From a virus, in IMG/VR virus record IMGVR_UViG_3300044984_001443, positions 5,608 through 69,607 of that record: 64,000 nucleotides of DNA, one strand, 5' to 3'. Positions 10,081 through 19,179 of this stretch are shown piece after piece. A program made the translations under genes and the position numbers. Under the pieces are notes generated by a model. It saw nothing but the letters and a program-made list of their open reading frames with translations. It ran no database searches and was not told the origin of the DNA. Within the stretch, counting starts at the first letter, position 1, and each line of letters starts with the position of its first letter.

Positions 10081-10185
10081 TTGTCGTTTTTGTAAACACT
10101 ACATAGAATATTTTGACATGTGCGCTTTCGGAAGACATGAATTTGTAAGCGGAAAACCTTGTCCGATCTTTCGGAGGAGAGGCGA

Positions 10186-10623
10186 ATGACTGTCACATCC
10201 AAGCAAGCTGAAGAGCGTTATGGCGACCCGAAGAAGGAAACCTTCATGGTGCTGTTTGACGTACCTCCGCGTCTTGAGATCGGCGTCATCCCGAACCGCA
10301 TCTACTGCAACTTGCACATGATCAAGCCGCTGACGGCTGCGTTCGAGAACCTGATCCAGCGCGGCAAGGTGGCAGAACTTAAGACATGGGATGGTTGTTT
10401 CAACATTCGCCAGAAACGCACAGGCGAGTCGATGTCCCTGCATTCATGGGGACTGGCAATCGATGTCAACGCAACCTGGAACCGCCTCGGTCGCCCGCCT
10501 GTTCTGTCACCTGAGTTCGTCGCCTGCTTAACTGATGCGGGTTTCGAATGGGGAGGGGATTGGAAACTCCCCGATGGAATGCACTTTCAACTTGCCGAGC
10601 TTCCTGCAAAGGGTTCGAAGTGA
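10186..10623 (+). CDS. endolysin, peptidase M15 family (L-Ala-D-Glu peptidase-like)
   Basis: GCFNIR, SLHSWGLAIDVN, WGGDW..PDGMHFQ Zn-binding motifs; strong RBS. Confidence 0.9.
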   Translation: MTVTSKQAEERYGDPKKETFMVLFDVPPRLEIGVIPNRIYCNLHMIKPLTAAFENLIQRGKVAELKTWDGCFNIRQKRTGESMSLHSWGLAIDVNATWNRLGRPPVLSPEFVACLTDAGFEWGGDWKLPDGMHFQLAELPAKGSK

Positions 10624-10862
10624 TTCAGTTTCTCATCGCCCTCGATCAGTTGATCAACACCCTGTTCAAGATCAAGGGTGACGGGCGAGGCTTTGCCGAC
10701 GAGACGATCTCGGCGCGGCTGTTTCGCTGTTACCTGCAAGGGCTGATTAGCGACAAGCCGTACCGAGCCATTGACGCGCTGTTCTTCTGGGAAGAGGCGC
10801 ACTGCTACAACAGTTGGACAGCGGAACGCGAGCGCAGACAACTGCCAGGGCACTACAAATGA
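10620..10862 (+). CDS. conserved phage lysis-region hypothetical protein
   Basis: IALDQLINTL...ADETISAR...IDALFFW..HC pattern; GTGA overlap with endolysin stop. Confidence 0.65.
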   Translation: MIQFLIALDQLINTLFKIKGDGRGFADETISARLFRCYLQGLISDKPYRAIDALFFWEEAHCYNSWTAERERRQLPGHYK

Positions 10863-11119
10863 CAGAGACGCTTAGCAACGGCCTGACAAAATTCTGGGAC
10901 TTCCTGGACACTCGCGGCGTCATCCGGCGAGTCGTGCTGGGCATCGCCATCTACATGCTCTGGGTGCAAGCGAACTGGGCCAACGAGTACGCGCTGACGG
11001 CGCTGGCGCTCGGCAAGTCGGATGCGTCCATCGCGGCAATTGTCGCGGCCATTTCAGCCCCGGCAACGATGCTGGTCGGGTACGTCTTCAAGAACTACCT
11101 TGATTCGAGGGCCACATGA
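10859..11119 (+). CDS. putative holin (2 TM segments)
   Basis: two hydrophobic helices, 86 aa, between endolysin and spanins. Confidence 0.55.
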   Translation: MTETLSNGLTKFWDFLDTRGVIRRVVLGIAIYMLWVQANWANEYALTALALGKSDASIAAIVAAISAPATMLVGYVFKNYLDSRAT

Positions 11120-11120
11120 A

Positions 11121-11624
11121 ATGCTCGCGTTCTGGACTTTTCTGCGAAGCCCCGTTGCGAGATACCTTGGCGCTGCTATTGCTCTCGCCGCTGTTGCTTG
11201 GGGCGCTTATCTGGCTGTTGATCATCGCGGTTTTGATCGTTGCACAGCAGAGCGCGATCTGGCTGATCTCCACGCTCAGGAAGAAGCGCACCAGTTTCTG
11301 CTCGCCGAGCAAGCCCGTGGCGATGCCATCAGCGCAGAACTTGCAAAAACCCAGGGGAAGCTGAATGCAACGAAAACGGAATACCTTGCTTACGCCAATA
11401 GCATTCACGGCCACTGCCCTGCTTCTCTCGGCTTGTTCCTCGGCACCGAAACCCTCACCCCTCCTCAACTGCCCGCAACCACCGGCGCATCTACTGACGC
11501 CGCCCCTCCCGTGGCTGCCGCTCAAATCGCAGCCAACATCGCCGAAAACAGATGGCGGTTTGAACTCAACCGCGCCCAGTGCGCCGCTCTCCTTGAGTGG
11601 CACGGCAAAGAGGCTTTGAAATGA
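11121..11624 (+). CDS. Rz-like inner-membrane spanin
   Basis: N-terminal TM anchor followed by Ala/Gln-rich coiled coil; lysis context. Confidence 0.7.
   Translation: MLAFWTFLRSPVARYLGAAIALAAVAWGAYLAVDHRGFDRCTAERDLADLHAQEEAHQFLLAEQARGDAISAELAKTQGKLNATKTEYLAYANSIHGHCPASLGLFLGTETLTPPQLPATTGASTDAAPPVAAAQIAANIAENRWRFELNRAQCAALLEWHGKEALK
11365..11619 (+). CDS. Rz1-like outer-membrane lipoprotein spanin embedded in the +1 frame of Rz
   Basis: signal peptide with lipobox LLLSA-C, Pro-rich CPQPP.HLLTPP; fully nested in Rz. Confidence 0.75.
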   Translation: MQRKRNTLLTPIAFTATALLLSACSSAPKPSPLLNCPQPPAHLLTPPLPWLPLKSQPTSPKTDGGLNSTAPSAPLSLSGTAKRL

Positions 11625-11701
11625 GAGAGTTCTGTGCCGCCTGCTTCGGTGCTGCGTTCATCGCTGTGGCGTTGTACGTCGTCGTGAGTTGGGCCATCTG
11701 A
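11621..11701 (+). CDS. 26-aa single-TM peptide
   Basis: manual translation MREFCAACFGAAFIAVALYVVVSWAI; ATGA overlap with Rz stop and GAGG RBS. Confidence 0.45.
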   Translation: MREFCAACFGAAFIAVALYVVVSWAI

Positions 11702-11937
11702 TGACTACCCCCGCTGACATGATCGCGCTGCTTGAGTACGCGCATCCTCACATCGCGCTGCGGATCAAGGTGCTATGGGGAATGCCGGAGTGCGCCGAGT
11801 ACATGACCAAGCTGATGCTGCCGCGCCGGGTGGATCGTGTTGGGTTTGATGAGCCGACTGCACAGTCATTGGTCGCCTTGCAAGAACTTCACGCCAAGCT
11901 GTTCCCGCAACCCCACGACGTTTGGGAGGCAGCGTGA
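11701..11937 (+). CDS. hypothetical protein
   Basis: LE..HPHI..RI..LWG..EC..Y...L....R.DR.GF pattern seen in small proteobacterial proteins; coupled to neighbours. Confidence 0.6.
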   Translation: MTTPADMIALLEYAHPHIALRIKVLWGMPECAEYMTKLMLPRRVDRVGFDEPTAQSLVALQELHAKLFPQPHDVWEAA

Positions 11938-12044
11938 CCCTCTACACCCTGTTGATCTTCGTTATCCCCGTTGCCCTGTTCGGCGCGGTCCTGTGGGCCG
12001 CGCTTGGCAAGTTCGATGACGAGATGAAGGGGTACGACAAATGA
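11934..12044 (+). CDS. 36-aa membrane peptide
   Basis: manual translation MTLYTLLIFVIPVALFGAVLWAALGKFDDEMKGYDK; GGAGG RBS; overlaps on both sides. Confidence 0.5.
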   Translation: MTLYTLLIFVIPVALFGAVLWAALGKFDDEMKGYDK

Positions 12045-12292
12045 GACTTTGGTATCCACGATTTGCCAACTGCATCATCTGGGCGATTGGTATGCAGCTT
12101 ACTCGCGGCGGCTGGGTCTGCTGGCGGAAGAGCACTACCGGCTGGTGGCCGCACGCTGTCTGGTCGCGTGATCGGATCGACTGGTACGAATATGTCCCGT
12201 TGAACTTCAGCGGGAAATTGAAATGGTGGCAAGTGCTCTGGATTGTGTTGTTCAGAGGTGGCCCGAGACATATTGACAGGGATGAACTCTGA
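12041..12292 (+). CDS. Trp-rich hypothetical protein
   Basis: ORF translationally coupled to neighbours. Confidence 0.55.
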   Translation: MRLWYPRFANCIIWAIGMQLTRGGWVCWRKSTTGWWPHAVWSRDRIDWYEYVPLNFSGKLKWWQVLWIVLFRGGPRHIDRDEL

Positions 12293-12558
12293 TGGTGACT
12301 AAACAGGAGAAGGACGATGTGGAAGCTCGGATTAATGCCGAAATCCAGGTGGAGGCGTTTCTTTCAATATTGGAAACACGGCACGGCCTTAAGTCTACGG
12401 ACATACCTGCGATCTTGGACGATATGCGGTGGCTGCGTGAACATCGCAATGGCATTAACCGTGTCAGCTGGTCTGTCGCATTGGGGATTCTAGCCATCGC
12501 ACTTTCAGGCGTCATGCACGCGTTATGGGAAGGCGTCAAAGCCTCCGCAGTTAAATAA
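12292..12558 (+). CDS. hypothetical membrane protein (C-terminal TM)
   Basis: ORF, hydrophobic C-terminal helix. Confidence 0.6.
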   Translation: MVTKQEKDDVEARINAEIQVEAFLSILETRHGLKSTDIPAILDDMRWLREHRNGINRVSWSVALGILAIALSGVMHALWEGVKASAVK

Positions 12559-12576
12559 CTTTTAAAGGAAACAATC

Positions 12577-13041
12577 ATGGCAACAGGTGACATCAAATGG
12601 ATTTCTGGCGGCTTGCTCGCCATCGGTAACAAGATTCACAACCTCAGCAGCGACACGTTCAAGGTTGGACTGGTGACAAGCGTTGTCACCCCCGCCATTG
12701 CAGACACGGACGGACGCTGGGGCGCAGGCGGCTCAGTTAACTACGCGACCAACCAAGTTACACCGGGCGGTAACTACTCAACGGGCGGGCCGGCATTAGC
12801 GTCTGTAGGCTGGACCAATGTGTCGAATGTACCGACTCTGCGTGCCGATGACGTAGCGATTGCACAGCACGCAAGTAATCCCACCAACGCACGTTGGGGC
12901 ATCATCTACAACGACACCGACGCCAGCAAACGGGCGATTGCCTTCGTTGATCTTGGTTCAGATCGCAACCTCACCACGGGCGCATTCTCCATCGATTTCG
13001 GTGGTGCTGGACGTGACGTATTGACCTTGACGCAGAGCTAA
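12577..13041 (+). CDS. putative virion structural protein
   Basis: HNLSSDTFKVGLV, GNYSTGG, ARWGIIYNDT..KRAIAFVDLG pattern common in phage structural modules. Confidence 0.65.
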   Translation: MATGDIKWISGGLLAIGNKIHNLSSDTFKVGLVTSVVTPAIADTDGRWGAGGSVNYATNQVTPGGNYSTGGPALASVGWTNVSNVPTLRADDVAIAQHASNPTNARWGIIYNDTDASKRAIAFVDLGSDRNLTTGAFSIDFGGAGRDVLTLTQS

Positions 13042-13043
13042 CC

Positions 13044-13490
13044 ATGACCACACTACTTGAAGAACTTACCACCGGACCGCTGGCCGCTGAACTCGCACCG
13101 CATATCGCAGCCGGCGCAGACGGCGTGGTTGCGGCCATTCTCAACCGGGCAGACATTCCCGCAAAGGGCAAAGTGACAAGCCACGACATCCGCCAATATT
13201 TGATGCTTGTGGATTTGCTGATTTCGATAGAAGCCAGCCCGCAGCCGGCTTGCGTCGCCGCAAAACGTGCGATGGAAGTCTTCCCAATCTTCGACCTCTC
13301 CAACCCGATGATTCTAGGCAAGTTCACTCAAGTCTTGGACGGTCTGGTGGCGGAAGAACTGATTCCAGATTTCACTGAAGTTCACAAACTCACGATTCTG
13401 AGTCTGGCAGATACGTTCATCAGCAGGGCGGAACAAGCAGGACTCGGTAACGTGACCATCGAACAAATCGCGCAAGCGACAAGGGGCTAA
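13044..13490 (+). CDS. hypothetical protein
   Basis: ORF in operon; C-terminal SRAEQAGLG.VT motif. Confidence 0.6.
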   Translation: MTTLLEELTTGPLAAELAPHIAAGADGVVAAILNRADIPAKGKVTSHDIRQYLMLVDLLISIEASPQPACVAAKRAMEVFPIFDLSNPMILGKFTQVLDGLVAEELIPDFTEVHKLTILSLADTFISRAEQAGLGNVTIEQIAQATRG

Positions 13491-13493
13491 GCC

Positions 13494-13931
13494 ATGACTA
13501 CTCATACCCTAGCGCAAGGCACGCGCAGCAGTGCTGTTCTAGCACTTGGCACGCTGGCGAGTGCAACCTATGTCACGTCTTCAGCGATTGACCTTGGCGC
13601 AGCGATTCCGATTGATGTGACCTTTGAAGTTGAGGCGAATGCCAACGGCACGCCATCGGGTAACAAACAGTTGATTCTGTTTTGTAAGTTCAGCCTGGAC
13701 AATTCAAACTGGGGGTCTGGCCCGGAAAGCGGAACCACGGCAACGGAAGAAGCCGACCTGCATTTCATAGGCGTGTTACCAATGGTGGATACCAACGACC
13801 ACCGTAAGTTCTTTTCGATCAGCGGATTGCCAACTGCGCGATACATGAAGCTGGTAGCGAAGAATGATCTTGGTGTGGCGTTGACTTCGGGCAACGTCTA
13901 TCAAGCCAATATCTCAGCTAACTCGGCGTAA
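13494..13931 (+). CDS. putative structural beta-sandwich protein
   Basis: ORF in operon, beta-rich composition. Confidence 0.55.
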   Translation: MTTHTLAQGTRSSAVLALGTLASATYVTSSAIDLGAAIPIDVTFEVEANANGTPSGNKQLILFCKFSLDNSNWGSGPESGTTATEEADLHFIGVLPMVDTNDHRKFFSISGLPTARYMKLVAKNDLGVALTSGNVYQANISANSA

Positions 13932-13934
13932 GCA

Positions 13935-14780
13935 ATGTCGTCGTTGATTTTGCCTCGGAGGTTTACGCAGCAACCGCAGGGGGCTGTTGAGGTTGCTGAT
14001 AGCTTAAAAAATGGTTCTATTTTTCTGCTTAATCCTGCGTTATCTCAGCCAAATAGACACATAAATTTAGTTGGAAAAAACCCAATCACGGTAGTTGGAA
14101 CGACACCAACAGCGGGTAATGTAATCACTCCTATCGGAAAAGGGCTGCAGTTCCATCCCGCTGGAGGGAGTAACGGAATTCCAGCGTTGTCTGTTTCTGC
14201 TACCGCATTGGATATAACAAAAGACCTTACCTATTTTTGGATTGGGTATCCTTCTAACGTAACGGGAACGTGTGAGCTACTAGCTAGGGGCACTGAATCA
14301 GGTAATTGGTCAATTAATTTTGGCATCTCATCTACTACTCGCGTATATGCTACTTACGTTGACAACCCACCAACGGCAGGATACACAGCAGCGTTAACAA
14401 GCCAAAGTTTTGCGATTGGTAAACTTGCTGCTGTTGCGTACCGTAGGTCGGCCAATGTTATTTCTGTTTTTGATGGCGTGGCAAAGGGTAAGGCATCAAC
14501 TACAGGAACAAACGCAGGATTTAGAAATACCACCAACACTCTTGTTTTGGGTGGCGGTGGGGTAACTTCAACACCATCACTGCACGCAAAAACAGTATTT
14601 GCGTTTGCCGTTAATTACGATATACCTGATGGCGAAGTTTTTTCTATCCTCGCAAATCCCTGGCAAATCTTCAAACCCCGCAAGAGTATCCTCTATTTCG
14701 ACGCCCCATCATTCCCCGTTCTATCCTCCCTAACTGCCAGCTATATCACCAGCAGCGGCGGTCGATTGACTGCGAACTGA
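13935..14780 (+). CDS. ConA/LamG-like lectin domain protein (putative receptor-binding)
   Basis: N-terminal LILP.RFTQQPQG and C-terminal LANPWQIFKP flanking a beta-rich core. Confidence 0.55.
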   Translation: MSSLILPRRFTQQPQGAVEVADSLKNGSIFLLNPALSQPNRHINLVGKNPITVVGTTPTAGNVITPIGKGLQFHPAGGSNGIPALSVSATALDITKDLTYFWIGYPSNVTGTCELLARGTESGNWSINFGISSTTRVYATYVDNPPTAGYTAALTSQSFAIGKLAAVAYRRSANVISVFDGVAKGKASTTGTNAGFRNTTNTLVLGGGGVTSTPSLHAKTVFAFAVNYDIPDGEVFSILANPWQIFKPRKSILYFDAPSFPVLSSLTASYITSSGGRLTAN

Positions 14781-14781
14781 C

Positions 14782-15927
14782 ATGCCGCAAACTTTATACA
14801 TCGTCACCTATCCCGCAGGCGGCGGAACACCGTCAAATGCGCAGATCGTCGCAGGGCAGAACGCATCCGGTGCAGCAGCATCATGGGCGGGTAATGCGAC
14901 GTGGACAGGATCAGGTCAGTATCTAGAGGCGACCGGGCTTTCAGCATCGACGGAATACGATAGTGCGGCCGTAATCTATGACGGCACGACGTATTCCAAT
15001 GTCGTTGAGGTTAGCGGGACTTGGACGACGCTGAGTTCTGGCGTCACAGTCACCTGTACCCCCGGCGCAACCACTGCCGCAGGTATTCAGGCCGGCATAT
15101 CGCAGGACATTACCCTTGCGACCAATCTTGGCAACGCAGTTGCAGCAGGTACAACAGCATCCGTCGCACAAGCTGTCGGCATCGCTTGCTCTCCCGGCGC
15201 AGCTACCGCAGCGGGCATCACCGCAGGCGTCACGCAGGCCATCGCCCTCGCCGCCACGTTAGGTAATGCCACCGCAGCGGGTACACATTCGGCAATCCAG
15301 CTAGGTTCTGACACCAACATCATCGCTGTCCCCGGAGCAGCGGTCGCGGCAGGCATACCCGCTACCGTCACGCAGCAAACAGACATCATCATCACCGCCA
15401 CCGCAGGAAGTGCAACGGCAGACGGTATCAGCGCGGGCGTCACCCAAGCGATCACGATCCAGACCACCGCAGACAACGCACTGGCGGCAGGTATCACGGC
15501 AGGTATTGACCTCGCTGGCGGTATCGACATCACTTGCTCAGTCGGTGGCGCGGTCGCTGCTGGCACTGTGGCGCAAGTCCTTGTCGGGATGACGATTGGC
15601 TGTCAGGTCGGCGATGCGACGGCGGATGGCACAGTAGCGACCATTAGGTTGTCAGATGGCAGCGGCGTCACCCTATCACCGGAAGACATTGCAGCGATTG
15701 CGGATGCCGTCTGGGCACATTCAACCGCCGTAGATTTTGCAGACAAGATGCTGATCTGCTCCCGCATTCTGCGCAACAAGACAGTCACCAACCCAACCAC
15801 AGGCGTGATGACCGTTTACGCCGACGATGGCACGACCCCGTATCTCACCGCTCAACTGCATGAAAACGTCGCTGAGACCCAGACCTATCGCGGTCAGGGG
15901 GCTGAAGTCAGGGATCGCCTACAATGA
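14782..15927 (+). CDS. repeat-rich fibre-like structural protein
   Basis: ~21-aa repeats (I...PG.A.AAG..A.V.Q); C-terminal IADAVWAH and RNKTVTNPTTG.MTVYADDGTT. Confidence 0.65.
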   Translation: MPQTLYIVTYPAGGGTPSNAQIVAGQNASGAAASWAGNATWTGSGQYLEATGLSASTEYDSAAVIYDGTTYSNVVEVSGTWTTLSSGVTVTCTPGATTAAGIQAGISQDITLATNLGNAVAAGTTASVAQAVGIACSPGAATAAGITAGVTQAIALAATLGNATAAGTHSAIQLGSDTNIIAVPGAAVAAGIPATVTQQTDIIITATAGSATADGISAGVTQAITIQTTADNALAAGITAGIDLAGGIDITCSVGGAVAAGTVAQVLVGMTIGCQVGDATADGTVATIRLSDGSGVTLSPEDIAAIADAVWAHSTAVDFADKMLICSRILRNKTVTNPTTGVMTVYADDGTTPYLTAQLHENVAETQTYRGQGAEVRDRLQ

Positions 15928-16412
15928 TTGTATCCCGTGGTTATGGTCTTCCACAGGTTGGTTCAATTGTCGCCAATGGACTTGGTCTTAAACCGCTTGA
16001 CGCCGCTATGCAGCATTCAGGTGTAGTGCGTTTGTGGATGCACGAATTGTACGCTCAGTCCATTGACGAAGATCATAAGAAACGTAAAATCGGTGCTTAT
16101 GCTGAACAACCGAAGGTTGAAACGCCAAAAGCCGCAAAACCAGTGCAAAGCAAGCCAAAAACAGCAAAACCCAAGCCTACCAGACAGCCAGCAAGCCGTG
16201 TTGAGCAAGTCCGCCCTACCTACCCTATACCCCGCGTTGCTCAGGTTGATGTTTTAAAAGGACTGGAAGAGGTTATCAATCATCTTCCGTTGCCAAACTA
16301 CAGCAAATTACTGAATCTTCCTAAGAACGTCAATAAACCTTTGGAAGAAAACGTAGTTCAACTAAAGCGCAGGAAGAAGGAAGAGGAGTGGTTGCTATTG
16401 CTCGCTGCGTGA
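15924..16412 (+). CDS. hypothetical protein
   Basis: MIVSRGYG start; C-terminal RRKKEEEWLLLLAA motif common in phage head modules. Confidence 0.6.
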   Translation: MIVSRGYGLPQVGSIVANGLGLKPLDAAMQHSGVVRLWMHELYAQSIDEDHKKRKIGAYAEQPKVETPKAAKPVQSKPKTAKPKPTRQPASRVEQVRPTYPIPRVAQVDVLKGLEEVINHLPLPNYSKLLNLPKNVNKPLEENVVQLKRRKKEEEWLLLLAA

Positions 16413-16425
16413 GGTATTATAAATC

Positions 16426-16599
16426 ATGAATGATCCTATATTGAATATATTGATAACTCATTTGAATGAGTTGAAAGAATCCATTATCAACTACCCTGCT
16501 CAGGATTATCCGTCCTATCGTGAGCGGGTCGGTCATTATCAAGGTTTTAAAGAAGCACTTGATATGGTGGCCGAAGCAATTAGTCAGGACGATAATTAA
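16426..16599 (+). CDS. small conserved protein preceding GroES
   Basis: manual translation MNDPILNILITHLNELKESIINYPAQDYPSYRERVGHYQGFKEALDMV...; GAGG RBS. Confidence 0.6.
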   Translation: MNDPILNILITHLNELKESIINYPAQDYPSYRERVGHYQGFKEALDMVAEAISQDDN

Positions 16600-16617
16600 C
16601 TTCTGAAGGAGAAGTGT

Positions 16618-17022
16618 ATGTACGATGTAAATTGGGCGTTTCCAGATGTTGACTCTGGGAATCGTCCGTTGGGTGGGCGCGTATTGGTTCAGCTTAAACG
16701 AATCAAACGCACCACGGCATCAGGTATTATCCTGAACCAAGAGACTCGTGATTTTGAGAAGTACAACACTCAAATCGCCAAAGTCGTTGCCCTTGGACCC
16801 CTTGCTTACAAAGACCGCCAAACGATGCAACCTTGGCCGGAAGGCACTTGGGCTGAAGTCGGCGACTTTGTTCGTGTTCCGAAATATGGTGGTGACCGCT
16901 TTGAGGTCGCTGTTCCTAATGAGCCTGAAGAACCGATTGTTTTCATGCTCATCAACGACGTTGAAATCAGCTCTGCCATTGTTGGCGACCCGCTGAGTTT
17001 TGACCACTACATCAATAAGTGA
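16618..17022 (+). CDS. groES: GroES-like co-chaperonin
   Basis: RPLGGRVLVQ, TTASGIIL, AKVVALGP, VGDFVRVPKYGG, MLINDVEI. Confidence 0.85.
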   Translation: MYDVNWAFPDVDSGNRPLGGRVLVQLKRIKRTTASGIILNQETRDFEKYNTQIAKVVALGPLAYKDRQTMQPWPEGTWAEVGDFVRVPKYGGDRFEVAVPNEPEEPIVFMLINDVEISSAIVGDPLSFDHYINK

Positions 17023-17029
17023 GGACAAT

Positions 17030-17980
17030 ATGCCAGATATTGTGAGTATCAACGAAGAAATTGAAAAAGAAGTAAATGTCAACGAAGAAGGCGAAGTCGT
17101 TGAAGGTTCTACCGAAAAACCTGTAGAAGAAGGTGAGCAACTGACTTCTGAAGAGCAGCACGAAGAAGACAGTGCTCAGAATGATGAAGAACGCGAAGCG
17201 ATTCGCGCTCGTCGCCGTCAGGAACGTCAGGACAAAAAGCGCCATCGTCAGGATAAGGAAGAATCTTATCGCCGCGAGATTGAAGGTCTGCGCCGTCAAG
17301 TTTCTGACATGAATGAATGGAAAAATACAGTTGAGCAGCGTCGCGTTCAGTCTGGAATTGGACAGATTGATCGCTCAATGAAAGAAGCAAACGATGCGAT
17401 TGAAATTGCCAAACAAGCGATTCGCGAGGCAACTGAGACGCAAAACGGCGCAGCATTGGTTGATGCTCAAGAGCTTTACTACGCTGCCCGCAAGCGTAGT
17501 GAGGAACTCAGTCAGTTCAAACAACGTGTCAATCAGCAAATGCAACAGCGTCCTCAGCAAAACATTGATCCTTCGATTGCAAAGAACGCGCAGAAGTGGA
17601 TGGATGGTAAGGACTGGTACGATCCTGTTGGCAAGAACTCGGACAGTAAGATTGCGCTGACTGTTGACAATGGATTGGCTGAAGAAGGTTGGGATCCACG
17701 CACTCCTGAATATTGGGAAGAGTTGGATAGCCGGCTCAAAAAATATTTACCGCACCGCTTTACAGGTGGTAATGCTCCGGCCTATAATGACTCTAACAGT
17801 TCACAAAGGAGGTCTCCGACAGGTGGTTCTGGTCAAGGTAAGTCTCAAGGTTCCGGAACTTTTACGCTTTCACCCGACAGGGTTAAGGCAATGAAAGAAG
17901 CAGGGATGTGGGATGATCCAGAAAAACGCAAGCGAATGACTAAGCGTTATATGGACATGGACAAACAGAATCGTAACTGA
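17030..17980 (+). CDS. capsid scaffolding-like protein
   Basis: acidic N-terminus, long coiled coil, EGWDP.TPEYWEELD.RL motif, position before capsid genes. Confidence 0.7.
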   Translation: MPDIVSINEEIEKEVNVNEEGEVVEGSTEKPVEEGEQLTSEEQHEEDSAQNDEEREAIRARRRQERQDKKRHRQDKEESYRREIEGLRRQVSDMNEWKNTVEQRRVQSGIGQIDRSMKEANDAIEIAKQAIREATETQNGAALVDAQELYYAARKRSEELSQFKQRVNQQMQQRPQQNIDPSIAKNAQKWMDGKDWYDPVGKNSDSKIALTVDNGLAEEGWDPRTPEYWEELDSRLKKYLPHRFTGGNAPAYNDSNSSQRRSPTGGSGQGKSQGSGTFTLSPDRVKAMKEAGMWDDPEKRKRMTKRYMDMDKQNRN

Positions 17981-17994
17981 AAAGGACACTCAAA

Positions 17995-18528
17995 ATGGAC
18001 GAACGTATTAAGAAGACCCAAGATGCAACGCGCCTCACCCGCTCTGCAGAAGTGCAACCTGCCCGTGAAGCTGCTGACGCATCGCTTGTTAGCTCACAAG
18101 AACGTCGTAAGATGTTTCGTGAGTTTTCACAAGAAGCATTGCCGACCCCGCCTGCCATTCCTGGATGGCATTTTATTTGGCTTTCGACAACCAACCAATA
18201 TGACCCGATTTACAAGCGCGAGCGAATGGGTTATGAGCCGGTGAAAGCAGAAGAAGTTCCGGGTTACACGAATTATCGTGTTAAATCTGGGGAATTTGAA
18301 GGTCTCGTTGCGGTAAACGAGATGTTACTGTTCAAAATCCCACAAGACATCTACCAAGAGATCATGGAAGAATATCATCACAATATGCCGCTTGAGGAAG
18401 AAGAAATGCTGAAAGCCAATATCGAAAAGATGGCTGACCGCGATTCTTCTGGCAAACGCCTCGGGTCAATTGAAGGTGATGGCATCAACTCCCTAGGTCA
18501 ACGGGTAAAAACTCCTGTTTTCTCTTAA
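17995..18528 (+). CDS. conserved head-module protein
   Basis: LPTPPAIPGWHFIWL...GYEPVKAEEVP...EMLLFKIP pattern. Confidence 0.65.
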   Translation: MDERIKKTQDATRLTRSAEVQPAREAADASLVSSQERRKMFREFSQEALPTPPAIPGWHFIWLSTTNQYDPIYKRERMGYEPVKAEEVPGYTNYRVKSGEFEGLVAVNEMLLFKIPQDIYQEIMEEYHHNMPLEEEEMLKANIEKMADRDSSGKRLGSIEGDGINSLGQRVKTPVFS

Positions 18529-18542
18529 TGAAAGGAATCTAA

Positions 18543-19166
18543 ATGAGCACTTCTAACGCTCCCTTTGGTTTCCGTCTGGCTCGTCAGCCTTCGGTTCACG
18601 GCATTGCCCGTAAGTTCCCGATTGCGTCTGGTTTGGCGGTAAATCTGTTTATGGGCGATGCAGTTAAATTGATCGGCACCATCACTGGTGAAGGTTCTAT
18701 TGACTTGGCAACGACTGACGGTACTCGTACCGGCACTGCCAGCACCGTTCCTGTCCTGGGTATCTTCGTCGGTTGTGAATACACTGACGGCAATGGTCGC
18801 CCTGTCAAAGACAATATGTGGCCGACTGGTCAAGTGTCTAGCGACGCTTTTGCATGGGTTATCGAAGGCGATCAGAACGAGTTTATCGTTCAAGCTGACG
18901 GTGCTGTTGTTGCTCTTGACATTGGTTCTCAAACCAATATCACTGGTTTCGCTGCTCCCGGTGGATCTACTATGACTGGTATCTCCGCCATGACTGTCTC
19001 TGCTACCCCGATCGCAGACGACGCACAAGGTCAATTCCAGGTCGTTGAGTTTGTTGAAGACGGTTCCAACACCGTTGGCGACACCTACACTCAATGTATC
19101 GTTCGTATCGCTAATCCGCAACTTGGCCGCGCCGGTCGTGTTGTTCAAAACGCCGCTGGCACCTAA
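18543..19166 (+). CDS. capsid decoration/minor capsid protein
   Basis: NAPFGFR, IASG...NLFMGD.V, GIFVGCEYTD; immediately upstream of MCP. Confidence 0.65.
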   Translation: MSTSNAPFGFRLARQPSVHGIARKFPIASGLAVNLFMGDAVKLIGTITGEGSIDLATTDGTRTGTASTVPVLGIFVGCEYTDGNGRPVKDNMWPTGQVSSDAFAWVIEGDQNEFIVQADGAVVALDIGSQTNITGFAAPGGSTMTGISAMTVSATPIADDAQGQFQVVEFVEDGSNTVGDTYTQCIVRIANPQLGRAGRVVQNAAGT

Positions 19167-19179
19167 GGAGAATTAGATC

